Below, in pieces: positions 1 through 12,948 of a stretch of DNA of 64,000 nucleotides. The position numbers and the translations under genes were made by a program. The stretch lies in contig JAUCBJ010008330.1 in the NCBI GenBank assembly GCA_032718475.1, forward strand, positions 1-64,000. The letters are read 5' to 3'. The stretch comes from Nemertoderma westbladi (Eukaryota; Animalia; Xenacoelomorpha). Below the pieces are notes generated by a model. That model made no database searches. It was not told the origin of the DNA and saw only the letters and a program-made list of their open reading frames with translations. Every line of letters starts with the position of its first letter. The first letter of the stretch is position 1.

Positions 1-2874
1 TAGTATTACAGACTAGGTTTAGTCACATAATACCGGTATATAATTTCAGCCTAGATTCATATAAATATATATAATAAGCCTACCTTAAATACCGGTATAC
101 AGCATACACTTATAGTATATATAAGTATGATTATATACTAGAATTAATTACAGAATACCGGTATATAATTTCAGCATAAATTTATATAAATAAATATAAT
201 AAGCCTACTATAAATACCGGCAATGTCAATTATTTTATAATAACTGAATTTCTGAATTTTAAAAGTTACTTTTCTTTACTTTATTACCGTTATCAAGAAG
301 TAGCCTAACTGATATTAAGAGCTAGTTGAGGTATAACAGGCCTACTATTTTATAAATCGGTTGGAGTTGATTTATAATATATTTGTACCCGTACAAGGGT
401 TTTTTGCCAATATTTGAAACAAATGTTATTGTTTCTGGTTGAGGGGGTCACTACACAAAAGCTAAACACTCTCAGTGGAGTGCTACCTGTTGGACACTAA
501 AACAAATAATTCTACTTGACTAAGTTACTTATTACTACAAATTACTTACAATTATTGTGTGAGATTACAATCTCTAAATAAACACCAAAAGGTTACACGT
601 ACAAATTTTAGGGTAATTTTACAGGGAATCTACAAACCAGTCTAACAGGGAGTTAGAATTTCTGGTTATTACAAATGGACAGGATACTACGGTATTTGAA
701 AATAATAAAGCAGTAGTAAATACACCGTGTTGTCTAGATAAGAAAATACCACCGTCTGACGACTTATAGTCTTTTTGCTATACAGCACTATAAGTACTAC
801 GTTATGTACCCGGAGTGTCCTTACCTAGAAGTTAATTACCGCAGCCTACCAGAGCTAACGTGCCTATTAACCACTTTAAAACACAAATATACTGTCTACA
901 AACTAAATTACTTTCGGAAAGCACTGTACACTAAACCCTAAATTAGGTACAAGTACTTACATAACAAATAACCAGCAGTTAAATATACTTGAACAGCTAA
1001 AAGAACCACGGCATCTGCTGGAGTGACTAGGGCATAAAATCACCAGTCTTTACCTACGCCAAGCAGCCCTGATGTAGTACCGGGGTTAATTTAACTATAA
1101 CGGTATGTATAACAAGCACAATTACTGTAGGAATAAACTTTGGGTAGTGTAGGTTGCGACTACTTGCATAAACTCTGAATAATAAATAATACGCTACCCG
1201 TGCAGACTATACAAACAAAATGCAAACCAAATGCTGGCAGACTACTGTCAAGCCCAAATAAACTACAGTATATGCAGACTCCGAAATGGTTAGTTAGTAT
1301 GCGTTCTAACCGAGTAGTACAACTTATTCTTTCGGGGGGGGGGGGGGGGGGGATTTACCTTACAACTCAAGATGCCCCTACTTTCCTAACTAGTACTTTA
1401 TCGGACCTACACTCTACACACACTGCAATCTCTTCAAACTTAACAACAGCTAGACAACATCCAGCCTACAAATTATTTATACAATCTGAGCAGGCTTATA
1501 CGACCTCTGCTCAATATTACACTTACAGATAAATAAAACTGACAGAAATAAGTAAACCATACAAAGGAGTAAGGGGTGATCAATCCCTAATCCCCGAACA
1601 GCCTACAATATACAATATTTCACAATCGAACTAATACTGGTACCCGCAAGTACCGGTTTGGGTGGTTGGGCAGTTAGGCCTACAGGTTACCGTCCGACCG
1701 GTACATTCGAATTTATTGTCTACGTGCAATAAAGAAGTATAAACTATTACTGTTCGCGCTTTTAGACTTTTAGCAGTTTAACCCGCCAATTTTAGGTGTC
1801 TTCTAATTTATAAATCGACTTTAGCCTACGACAATTTATTATTACTGAAATAACATTAGCCGAAGCCAGTCTATGCGCGACCATTCACCCACTGTTAAGG
1901 GAGATTGGATTCGGATGCTTTGACTTATTATTGCGTTGTAGACCTACTGTATTACTCGATTGATCGTTACTATATAATCTCTGACAATATATTTACTTTC
2001 GGGGAAATATTAACAGTTCCTTTAGGACGTGGCGCTTTAAGTATAAAACAGAGTTATGACTTATACTAATCACAACTAGATGTCTATTGATTTACATAAA
2101 AGGCGCATTCATTAGGAGATGCTTTATTACCAGTCACATCACCGCACACAACTTCACACTGCTTCACACTGATCTGCTGACAGTTACTGAATTTGATCAT
2201 ATATAAGGAAGATAGCAGCTGACACCTGTAGGGATTATGAAATATCATTTAATTCACACAAAACCCACTATAATGTAAGTCGCAATTGCTACTGGTAACC
2301 TGTCCTCTAACCTTCAGTAATCAATAAGATTGGGGTTTTTTGGGTTCTTTATCGGTATTCTCCAAATATAACAATATATCCATCAACAGATATAACCATT
2401 AATAACAGACAGTAAAATAATGCAGTATGTAGTAAGATGATAAGTAAGTGAGCATTGTGAGCATTGTTGGTTTGGTAATAGTTTATGTTTCGATAATCAA
2501 AGGCATCTAATGTTCTGGCCAAAGTCTGAAACTTCTACAGAAGTACAGAAGAATCCTAAGCCGGTGTTCTGGCTTAGAAAAGATAAACACAACTACTACT
2601 GACATACACAGACTTGCTCGGTTTACATAGCTCTTTTCCAAGAAAAATGAAAATCGCTCTGATTGGCTGAGCCTAGCTGAGCCGAACAAAGAACACAGAG
2701 AACAAGGGAAAGTTCCACGTCAGCAAATCAGCTGGTAGATGTCGTCATCTGAGCTCCTCCAGCCTTTAGAGTATTTAAGCGCCTTGCGGAGAAAGTTGCT
2801 TGTTACGTCCGCCAAAGCACACATGCAGACATAGCAAAGAAAAATGGCTTTTTATGTCCGCAAAAGCTTTTACA
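1..2874 (-). mobile_element. BEL/Pao LTR retrotransposon copy A: 5' LTR plus non-coding leader; coding part lies left of the window
   Basis: Colinear with the leader and 5' LTR of copies B (30298-33726) and C (53713-56993); inverted homologue of copy D. Confidence 0.9.
1751..2874 (-). repeat. 5' LTR of copy A (~1124 bp)
   Basis: Plus strand starts TGTTCGCGC and ends CTTTTACA, like the TSD-defined LTRs of B and C; shares their conserved internal blocks. Confidence 0.88.
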
Positions 2875-2913
2875 AGACAGCCATAATTTTATTTTGCAGA
2901 TATACATACACGG

Positions 2914-2930
2914 TACTACTACTACTACTG

Positions 2931-2969
<39 letters not shown>

Positions 2970-3970
2970 GGATCGGCATGCTGCAAAGCAGCTGCATTAT
3001 ATAAAGAATGCTGTGCCAGCTTGTCCAGAAAATTGCGCCGCCACAACTCCTTACCACCCATGACATTTGCTAGATCATTTGCATCTTCTAGGACAGTGTC
3101 CTTTAAGATGCGTCTCAAGAAAATCATGGGCTACCCAGCCCATCATGCTTATTCACTCCATGAGACTGCCAAATCACGGCGAAAGCAATGTCCTGCAAAG
3201 CGGTGGCGGCTTTGTTCTAGTGTCAAGCTTGGGGGAACCTATGAGACACCTCCAATGTTTTATAGTGTCTGTTTTGAGAGGTGTGCATTGCACTTGACAC
3301 AGTGAACCCGGCGTAGCATTCTTATGAATGTGCCATCCAGAGATTTGGTATCCTCAGCAATTAGAGCCCAGCATGGACTCCCATAGAGGAGTACTGGAAC
3401 TATTGCTGCTCTAAATAATCGGACCTTAAGATTCCTATGAATTTTATGTGACTTCCAAATACGGGCAAGCCTATTCAAGGCTGCCCATGCCTTTCCCTTA
3501 CGTATTAGAAGAAATGACTTCCGGATCCATTATCCAAGGTAATAGAAGTCATCCACATGCTCAAGCATAACATCCTTTGAGCTTATGCTCATCCGGACAG
3601 AGACTTGTTGAGGACTTTCAAGGTTAACTGTCAAAATGTTGGTTTTTTGGTGTTAATAAATAGACCAACACTAGAAGCAGCCTGTTAGCGCTGTGTGCCT
3701 AGAGAACTTTTTAATTAATTTTAATAGGCGCTGATAAATAAATATATTATTATTATTATTATTATTATGAGCTGAGGAGCCGTTGGGCCCACTCTGGTGA
3801 TTCTGAGAGTACTCGTAAGTCATCAGCAAAGTCTAGATCAGTTAGGTACTTGGCAGGATTTCCTCGACTTCTGGAGCCAGTAGGTGGAGTTATCATCACC
3901 CCATCATCATTATGATGATCTAAGGGCATGCGTAGAACATAGTCAACCACAATTATGAACAAGAATGGTG
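2914..3970 (-). mobile_element. 5'-truncated, degenerate RTE-clade LINE with (TAG)n 3' tail
   Basis: Fragments translate to LTDLDFADD and VLLYGSPCWAL; near-identical to the RTE at 12949-14606; (TAC)n tract at 2914-2970 on plus. Confidence 0.9.
3687..3766 (+). mobile_element. Short 3'-end fragment of a LINE/SINE inserted in the RTE
   Basis: 80 bp absent from the homologous RTE copies; ends GCGCTGATAAATAAA..(ATT)n. Confidence 0.5.
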
Positions 3971-4538
3971 TTAAAGCTTCTGTACCCTAAAATGCATATT
4001 TTTGTAGCGAGAAGCTTAAGTCTACTCCAAACTCTATAAAATGTCATATCTATACGTCCAATTCTGTAGGATGTATGTATATATCCATACGCCCCGAAGT
4101 GTTCGATTTCAGTACACATCAGTCAGTAAGTTACACATCTGGGTTATAACAGTCAATGGAATCTATTGTTTATTTTCATAGCTGTGGGCTAATCTTATTT
4201 GGAGCAAATGGCAATGCCGCATGGCGACTTTCTATTGGAAGTTGACCAGCAACTGGCTGTGCCGTCATGATTCTGAGAATTCCTTACCCTCGATCAGCTA
4301 GGCAAGATTCATTCTGCAGTTTTGCTGATAGTAAAAGGATGTTTTTGCCGTTAACATCTAGGCCTACCGCATGGCTGTATACTCACAATGGCTGAAACTG
4401 CATATGGCTGACTATGCTTAATATACTAAATAACTGAATTGCACTGATTTACTGCTTGTTTATAATATTTGTTGGTTAACTTGTGCAAATATTGTGATGA
4501 TATATGGAGATAGCACTGAATTAATTACTCTTACTGTA

Positions 4539-5140
4539 GTTTGTGGAAGTTACTGTAGTAAGTTCTATAGAGGTATTTAAGTACAACAGTTTAAATAAAT
4601 TAGTTATTGCCGACAGCCGTTAGTTACATTTATCTTCACTGCCCTGCAGTTATAAATTTGTATACCTGTAAATTTTATTTTAGCAATAAATTTTAATATA
4701 CTGTAATTTAGCCATGAAGAAACCTGTGGGGGTGGAACGGCTGTCGGCAATAACTAATTTATTTAAACCGTGGTACTTAAAGATCTCTATAGAACTTACT
4801 ATACAGTAAAGCCCCGTTCACATCCAACGGTGCACAGGTGCGTGAGCAGTCAAGTAGTCTGGCGGTATTGAAGCAGTAAGCCAGCAGCGGTACACTACCC
4901 GGAGCCCGTTCACACCCAACGGTACCGTTACGGTAACTGATTGTCTATCTTTGGACTGTGAATTCAACAGGAAATTACATTAATTGTTTTAACATTGTTT
5001 AAATGGGCTGCGGTAAACCGCGCGGTTTAGCTCACAACTACCTGTTGGGTCGTTCACAGTCAACTCTGTACCGCTGGCCCTGCGGTACACTGCACGGTGT
5101 ACTGTTCCGTTGGATGTGAACGGGCCTTTACTTCCACAAA
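4539..5140. repeat. Foldback element with ~95-bp inverted arms; right arm interrupted by a MITE
   Basis: ~4539-4630 is the reverse complement of 4737-4809 plus 5131-5140. Confidence 0.7.
4810..5127. mobile_element. PIF/Harbinger-like MITE
   Basis: TIRs AG(C/G)CCCGTTCACATCCAACGG; flanks TAA/TTA (3-bp TWA site, one mismatch); the empty site is visible in the opposite foldback arm. Confidence 0.7.
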
Positions 5141-5342
5141 TTATAATGGCCTTGTCACGGAGGACGTCATTCCGCAATATCCGTAAACTTAAATTACTCT
5201 TAGTAGTACTGTAGTAGTATATTACAGTATTGACAAACCATACAAATATATCAACGGGTCAGTCCATTATTCTAACATAATTAACACCGTAAATAATAAT
5301 ATAGAGAAAACCAACAAAAGAGAGAAAGAATACAGAGATAAC

Positions 5343-6496
5343 TGTAAAAGCTTTTGCAGACATGCGGACAAGTCATTTTTCCCGCAATGCGCAGTGTAGG
5401 TGCTTTTGCGGACATAACAATTCATTTTTTCCGCAATGCGCAGAATACTCTAAAATAGCCCTAAATGTATTCAACGCCGTGACGGGAAGGAATCAGAGCC
5501 CCGATGACGAAATCTATCAGCTGATTCTCTGTGGACATGGAATTTTTCTTTGTTCTTCCTAGTCAGCCAATCAGAGCGATTTTCCCCCTTATGTCGAACA
5601 GAGGCCTATGGAAACCCGTGCAATTGTTTACCTTTTTCTGAGCCTCAGAACCGGCTTGGAATCTTCTGTACTTCTGTTGTGGAAGTTTCAGACTTTGGCC
5701 TAAACATCAAATGGCTTTGATTACAAGAACGTAGAACTATTAACAATTCAACTACCTTACTTGGATACACATTTCATAACTGCATTATGTAACACATACT
5801 GACTGTTCACCACATTATTTTACTTCTGTCATTAATTGTTGTTATGTTAATGGATATTGCTGTTATATTTGGAGAATACCGATAAATAATCATAAAACCC
5901 CCAATCTTCTTGATTACTGAAGGTGAGAGGAACAGGTTTACCGGTAGCAACTGCGACTTACATTATAGTGTTTTTGTGTGAATTAAATGCTATTTCATAA
6001 TCCCTACATGTGTCAGTTGCGATCTTCCTTATATATGATCAAATTCAGTGACGGTCGGCAGATCAGTGCGAAGTAGTGTGAAGTAGTGTGAAGTCGTGTG
6101 AAGTAGTGTGAAGGTTAATAAAGCATCTCCTAAAGAATGCGCTTTTTACGAAACTCTGTGGCCATCTAGTTGTGATTAGCATAAGTCATAACTCTGTTTT
6201 TATACTTAAAGCGCCACGTCCTAAAGGAACTGTTAATATTTCCCCGAAAGTAAATATATTGTCAGAGATTATATATTAACGATCAATCCAATAATACAGT
6301 AGGTCTACACTGCAATCACTATCAAAGCATCCGAATCCAGTCTCCCTTAACTGTGGGTGAAAGGTCACGCACAGACTGGCTTCGGCTGATGTAACTTCAG
6401 TACATTAAATAATTGATATAGGCTAAAGTCGATTTATAAACAAAAGGACAACTAAAATTGGCAGGTTAAACTGCTAAAGGTCTAAAAGCGCGAATA
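5343..6496 (+). repeat. 5' LTR of copy D (~1154 bp)
   Basis: Starts TGTAAAAG; ends GCGCGAATA (mutated from GCGCGAACA); CCAAT box near 5566. Confidence 0.88.
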
Positions 6497-8253
6497 TTAA
6501 TAGTTTTAAACTCTTGATTGCACAGTAGACAATAAATATATTTGTCTAATGTTCTGGTAAGAACAATAATAGATTTTATAGTTTCTTTAATGCACTGTAG
6601 GCAATAAAGTCGAATGTACTGGTCGGACGGTAAACTGTAGGCCTAACTACCTAACCACCCGAACCGGTACTTACCGGTACTAGTATTATTTCGATTGTGA
6701 TATATTGTATATTGGTAGGCTATTTAAGAGAGTAGGGACTGTACACCCCTTATTTCTTTTAGAGCTTATTTAAAACTGTCAATTTTATTTATCTGTAAGT
6801 GTAATATTGAGCAGAAGGCGGGTAAGCCTGCTCAGATTGTATAAATAATTTGTAGGCCGGATTGTTGTCTAACTGTTGTTAGGTCTGAAGCGATTGCAGT
6901 GTGTGTAGAGTGTCTGTCCGAAAAAGTGCTAGTTAGGAAGGTGGGGGCATCCAGTGTTGTAAGGTAAATCCCCCCCGAAAGAATAAGTCATACTACTCGG
7001 TTAGAACGCCTACTAACTAACCATTTCGGAGTCTGCATATACTGTAGTTTATTTAGGCTTGACAGTAGTCTGCCAGCATTTGGTCTGTATTTTATTTAAA
7101 TAGTCTGCACGGGTAGCGTAATATTTATTATTCAGTGTCTATGGAAGTATTCCAACCACCAACTCCCCAAGTTTATTCCTACATTAATTGTGCTTGTTAT
7201 ACATACCAATATAGTTAAATTAACCCCTGTACTACATCAGGGCTGCTTGGCGTAGGTAAAGACTAGTGATTTTGTGCTCCGGTCACTCCAGCAGATGATA
7301 CCGTGGTTCTTTTGGCTGTTCAAGTATATTTAACTGCTGGTTATTTGTTTTATAAGTACTTGTACCTAATTTAGGGTTTAGCGTACAGTGCTTTCCTAAA
7401 GTAATTTAGTGTGTAGGCAGTATATTTGTGTTATAACGTGGTTAATAGGCACGTTAGCTCTGGTTGGCTTCGGTAATTAACCTCTAGGTAAGGACACTCC
7501 GGGTACATAACGTAGTACTTATAGAGCTAAGACTATAAGTCGTCAGACGGTGGTATTTTCTTATCTGGACAACGCAACTTACTTACTACTACTTTATTGT
7601 TTTTCCAATACTGTAGTTTCCTGTCAGTTTGTAAGATCCAGAAATTCTAACTCCTTGTTAGACTGGTTTGTAGATTTCTTGTAAAATTACCCTATAAATT
7701 GTACGTGTAACTTTTAGTGTTTATTTAGAGATTGTAATCTCAAACTGTAATTGTAAGTAATTTGTAGTGATAAGTAACTTAGTAAAGAAGAATTATCTGT
7801 GTAGTGACTCCTTAACCAGAAATAATAACATTTATTTCAAACATTGTCAAAACCCATTGTACGGGTATATATATATTTATAAATCAACTCTCAATCAGAT
7901 TTATAAAATAGTAGGCCTGTTATACATCAATTAGGTCTTAATATCAGTTGGATTACTGCTTAATAACAGTAATAAAGTAAAGGGAAGTAACCCTAAAATT
8001 AAGAAATTCAGTTATTATAAAATAATTGACATTACCGGTATTTACGGTAGGCTTATTATATATATTTATATAAATTTAGGCTGAAATTATATACCGGTAT
8101 TCTGTGACTAATCCTAGTCTATAATAATACTTATATATACTATGGGTGTATACCGGTATTTACGGTAGGCTTATTATATATATTTATATAAATTTAGGCT
8201 GAAATTATATACCGGTATTCTGTGACTAATCCTAGTCTATAATAATACTTATA

Positions 8254-9706
8254 CAGGGTGATCCAAAAGTTTCTGACCCGGGGGTCAGAAACTTTCGGAC
8301 CGTGGCTATAATTATAGTTTTGTAGTTCTAGTAAACTAGCAGAGTAGACAGTTGTAGGTGCACAGTTGTAGGTTATGGAAGTTTAAGTAGCCTACAGCAG
8401 TACTCTGCACTTTTGGTTCACAATTTTGGTCATTGCTTCAGCTCATAACAACAGTATGGCACCAACTAATCGTGAGAAAAAGAGGATTGAAATTCAAACC
8501 TTATTTTTACGTGGAGATGGGATAAAGAAAATTTCTAGGGATCTCAAAATTTCGGTTAACACTGTTAGAAAGTGGGTCAGAACAAATTCTGGAACAATTA
8601 AAGACTCTAAACGCTCTGGAAGACCAACGAAAATGACACCTGATTCAAAGAAACAGATAACAAAAATGACTAAGGATCAGTTCATTGGCATTCGGAAAGT
8701 GACGAAGAAGATCAACTTCAGCGATTTTTACAAGAATAGAGGAAAGTCCGTTGGTGCCACTACAGTTCGGAGGATGGTTAAATCAACTGAGTGGGGTAAA
8801 ACAGCATATAAACAGACAGTTAAACCAATGCTGTCGGCAAAGAATGTCAATGATCGCTTGACATTTGCGAACAAGATGATCAAAGATGGCTTTGCTAACA
8901 ATTCTCGTCCTGCACGAATGAAGCTCAGCCATATTTTGTTTAGAGATGAGTCCCCAGTTGTTCTCAACCCTAAGCCAAACAAGCAGAATCGCAGAATTCG
9001 AACAAGCGATCCTGGGACGATACCAGCCATTGTGGTTCCTAAGTTTCCACTGAAAATTATGGTGGCTGGAGGAATAAGCCGATATGGCCGGTCTGAACTT
9101 TACATTGTCCCACAGAACACAACTGTGGATGGAGCACTATATAGGGAACAGATATTGCCAGTTTATCATAGAGCTTTGGATGATAAGAAGTTATTTCCTC
9201 GCTCTGAGTTAAGGATTCTTCAACAGGATGGTGCCAAACCGCATACAGCTAAACAATCCATTGCTCAGATTAAGGCGAAGTTCGGAAATTTTGGAGTGGT
9301 ATGGGAAACTTGGCCGGGCAATTCTCCTGACCTTAATCCCATAGAGCATGTCTGGGCAGAGCTCCAGGATTCGATATTCATTGAACCTAGACCACGTAAT
9401 CGTCAGCAGCTCATTGATAGAGTTAAGGAGACATGGGTTGGTCTGGATCAGAACTGGCTTTCAGATCTTGCTCTGTCATTTCCACGCCGGATCCATGAGG
9501 TGATCAAGGAGAATGGAAGGAACACCAAGTATTAGCTAATTGATGATGGACTCTAGGCCCAGGTGGTATCATTTGTAACTTTTTTGATAGAAAAATATAT
9601 GCCCTTTGGTTGTGTGAATTGGAAATATATACAATTTTATTCGTTTATCCAAAACATTACTTTGAGTAAGATATACTGGGGGGTCAGAAACTTTCGGATC
9701 ACCCTG
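8254..9706 (+). mobile_element. Intact IS630/Tc1/mariner-superfamily DNA transposon (1453 bp)
   Basis: 26-bp TIRs CAGGGTGATCC(A/G)AAAGTTTCTGACCC; TA duplication at 8252-8253 and 9707-9708; sits in the leader tandem repeat of copy D. Confidence 0.97.
8456..9535 (+). CDS. Tc1-like DDE transposase, 359 aa, DD38E spacing
   Basis: N-terminal HTH with RSGRP; catalytic motifs LFRDES, QQDGAKPH, WPGNSPDLNPIEHVW; uninterrupted ORF from ATG 8456. Confidence 0.95.
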   Translation: MAPTNREKKRIEIQTLFLRGDGIKKISRDLKISVNTVRKWVRTNSGTIKDSKRSGRPTKMTPDSKKQITKMTKDQFIGIRKVTKKINFSDFYKNRGKSVGATTVRRMVKSTEWGKTAYKQTVKPMLSAKNVNDRLTFANKMIKDGFANNSRPARMKLSHILFRDESPVVLNPKPNKQNRRIRTSDPGTIPAIVVPKFPLKIMVAGGISRYGRSELYIVPQNTTVDGALYREQILPVYHRALDDKKLFPRSELRILQQDGAKPHTAKQSIAQIKAKFGNFGVVWETWPGNSPDLNPIEHVWAELQDSIFIEPRPRNRQQLIDRVKETWVGLDQNWLSDLALSFPRRIHEVIKENGRNTKY

Positions 9707-12700
9707 TATATACTATAGGTGTATACCGGTATTTACGGTAGGCTTATTATATATATTTATATAAATTTAGGCTGAAATTATATACCGGTATTCTGTGACT
9801 AATCCTAGTCTGTAATAATACTTATATATACTATAGGTATATACCGGTATTTATGGTAGGCTTATTATATATATTTATATAAATTTAGGCTGAAATTATA
9901 TACCGGTATTCTGTGACTAATCCTAGTCTGTAACAATACTTATATATATACTATAAGTGTATACCGGTATTTTAATATCACACATATATCACGTTACATT
10001 GAGTAACGGTATCGGTAATCAATTACTAGGCTTACAGTTGATACTGAATTAATAGACTTGCTTTAACTGTCGTTATAGTAGTAGGCATTCAACTGTAAAA
10101 TAAATCATGGCTGACACAAAGCAAACCCTGTCAGATAGTTTCCTAGAAAGAACAGTCTGTGACTCAGATAAGAGTATAGAACATCTGAGACCGAAGTCCA
10201 AGTCCCCTCCTACTGTAAGAAAGGTCATCCCTACAGTAGTAGTATCAGACCCTAGGCTAGTAAAGCACCATAGGTCTATTATAGGCACTAGGGCTCAAGT
10301 TAAGCGGGACCTAGAAGCAGCTGTTAAACAGCAGCAGCACCCGAGCCGAGAAATATTACTCAACAGCACGATAACTTTAGTAGTTCAGATACTTTAGAGT
10401 TGACGTCCGAGATCGGAGCAAGGATGGCAGAAGCGGTTTATCCAGACCCACTTCTAATTCTTCCTGGAGCCTTACTCACTAGAGTGTTGATCGCTGTGGA
10501 AGAACATCAAATTGATTGGGCAAGAAGTAAGCGATCGACCAGGGACAGTTATGCAGGATACACGATGGAGGAATTAAGGTCTATTGTCGAGGCGCAATGG
10601 AACTTCCCCGGACCCGGACTCCCGTTTAACTTATCGGAAGCTGCCTGGGAGGACTTATATAGGATGGGAGTAGTAAGGGACACTCGAGATCCAGCTGTGT
10701 GGAAGAGGTCAGCAGCAGGATATGTCCAGGGATTCTTCAGCTCTTTGGAGCGATTAGAGGAACACCTGTTTCAACAACGTCAAGGACCTCAAGAGCAGGG
10801 AGAGCAGCTTTATCAAGTGCGAGAACGAATTTTACGGATCAGACTAATGCTTTCGGCCTTTGAGGAAGCCTCGAAGAGGAGCCAAGACACTTCATTGCAA
10901 GTGGCCATAAAAACTTGGTTCCAACGGGTGAGTCTTAAAGTCCAGGGAACGACACAATGGAAAGCTCAGCTAACCGAGCGCATGACCCACGGAGAATCAA
11001 CAGATGCTACCTTTTCTCAGGTGGAAGGCGAAGTTACATCCGAGAAACCTCAGAAGAAGGATGCTATTGACATCTATCTGTCGGACTATCAACGATTTAT
11101 AGGTGACAAAGAGTTAAGGAGACGGCTAGCTGGACTTCACCCTAATAGTGAGGCAGCCAAATTTGTGTTGGACTCGTTAGATGCGGAAATATTAGCCGCG
11201 GAACAGGCTAAATTTGATGAAAGCATCCTCATCGCTATGGACCAAGAAGAGCAGCTAAAGAAAAAGCAAATAGAAGACTGAAGGGCAGCGGTCGCGGCAG
11301 CATCTAAAAGGAAAATGGCAGAGGCTGAAAGAAAAGTGGCAGTGGTCGCGGCAGAATCTGAAAGGAAAGCTGCAGAGGCGGAAAGAAAAGCGGCAGCGGT
11401 CGCGGCAGAATCTGAAAGGAAAGTGGCAGAGACTGAAAGAAAGGCGGCAGCGGCAGCGGCAGAATCTGAAAGAAAAGCGGCAGTGGCTGAAGCAGAAAGA
11501 CGAGCATCTGAAGAGGCAACCCAACTAGAGTTGGAAATCTTCAAGCGAAGCAAGATTACTTAAATAAACAGAGAACAGCTACTCAGATGCAGCTGCTAAG
11601 TCGATCTACTCCCCGGAGACAGGGATTTACCGGGCGATACAACAGATTCTGAAGGTAGAGGAAATAAATCTCGTTCCAGCGGACGTAGAAGAATGCCACA
11701 CCGTCAGAAATTGCCTAATTTGCCTCCAGCTGTGAGAAGGCAACTAGCTAGTGTAGATTTAAGTAATCCTGAGCCTACAGACCAAATTATTAGAGTAGAA
11801 AGACTCCCTACTATAGTAGATGAGCCCGAAATAATTAGGCCTGTCATTGAAGTCACTCCAGTGCTAGAGACCCCTGTACTTATAGAACCTAACTCTAAAT
11901 TCCCTTTGCACAGTACTAAACTATCTGTGCCCAATAGACTAGCCCCTGAATCACTCCCGTTTCTGGACGCCGAGCAAGACATAAATGAATTGTCTCCCGT
12001 CGTCCCCACGCGTCACCCGGCTACCACGTTGGCAGCTCCCGCGGCAGCGGTTGAGTGGGTAGACAAGGGACGGCGGGGGATGGATCGCCTGCTCGGGCAG
12101 CTGGAAAAACATAAACTACGTTCTTCCCAGCAGGTCCGAGAGTTGGAAGGGACTGTTCAGCAGTTAAAGGGAACAGTAAGAGAGAGTAGGTTAGAGTTAC
12201 AAGAAGTACAACAGAGTATCGCTTTAGAGCGCGATAAATTAGTAAATATACAAATGGGTATACCACCACCCCCTGTAACAATGTGTCAACCTGTTAGGTC
12301 TGAAGTATTTCATGCACAAGGTGTGGAGCCTACACGCATATATACTGCTAGTGAAGTAGAAACTCCTATAGTAAACCCTATCAAGGGTAATTATAAACCC
12401 TTTGATAATGATATTCCATACAGATCTGATCATAATCCGTGAAATCTATATACCGATAACTCGATATTAAATAATACGGTGGCTCAAGAAAATTTTACAC
12501 GTCAAATGGCTAGAACTGAAGCCCGTCAAGTGGTAAAGGTAGGAGAGGTCGTCAAGTTCAATGGAGATGAGATGAAATGGTTACCTTTTAATGAATATTA
12601 TAAAGATAACATACAGAACTCTGTACTATCCAACAGAGAGAAACTTAGATTCCTCATCGAGTGCTTGGAAGGATCTCCCAAGTTAATTGCGTTAAAGTTT

Positions 12701-12948
12701 ATTGGACATCCAGATGGATTAAGACAAGTTTGGGATACACTGAACATCAGGTATGGTAATAGGACTAACATAGCTAGGTATTTGTATGCGAAATTAGTAG
12801 CGCCCCGAAAGTTTCTTAGCAGCGGGATTATCGATAGGCTAGGTAAGTCTCAGGAATATCAAAGTTCTATGGTTGTTGGAGCCGTAGCATCTACTTTGCC
12901 AAAAGGTGGAGTAGGTACGCGTTGGGACAACAAGGTTCTCTATATGAT

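Larger units (their letters stand above)
8030..9970. repeat. ~120-bp tandem repeat in the leader of D, rich in ATACCGGTAT palindromes, split by the transposon
   Basis: Repeated unit TACCGGTATTTACGGTAGGCTTATTAT...GCTGAAATTATATACCGGTATTCTGTGACTAATCCTAGTC; fewer copies in A, B and C. Confidence 0.85.

Noticed and set aside
2803-3305. ORFs with poly-Leu/Val/Ser runs resembling membrane proteins
   Set aside because: Translations of the RTE (TAG)n tail and antisense RTE sequence.
6368-6430. Group I intron R/S-like words (CACAGACTGG, GATATAGG) in the LTR of D
   Set aside because: The S-like word is not conserved in A, B or C, and AGACTGG already pairs with upstream CCAGTCT. No convincing group II domain V either.
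6555-6570. TGGTAAGAACA as a displaced tRNA PBS (also at ~55790 in C)
   Set aside because: About 60 nt from the LTR end, absent in A and B, inside a hairpin, and not recognisably complementary to a tRNA acceptor stem.
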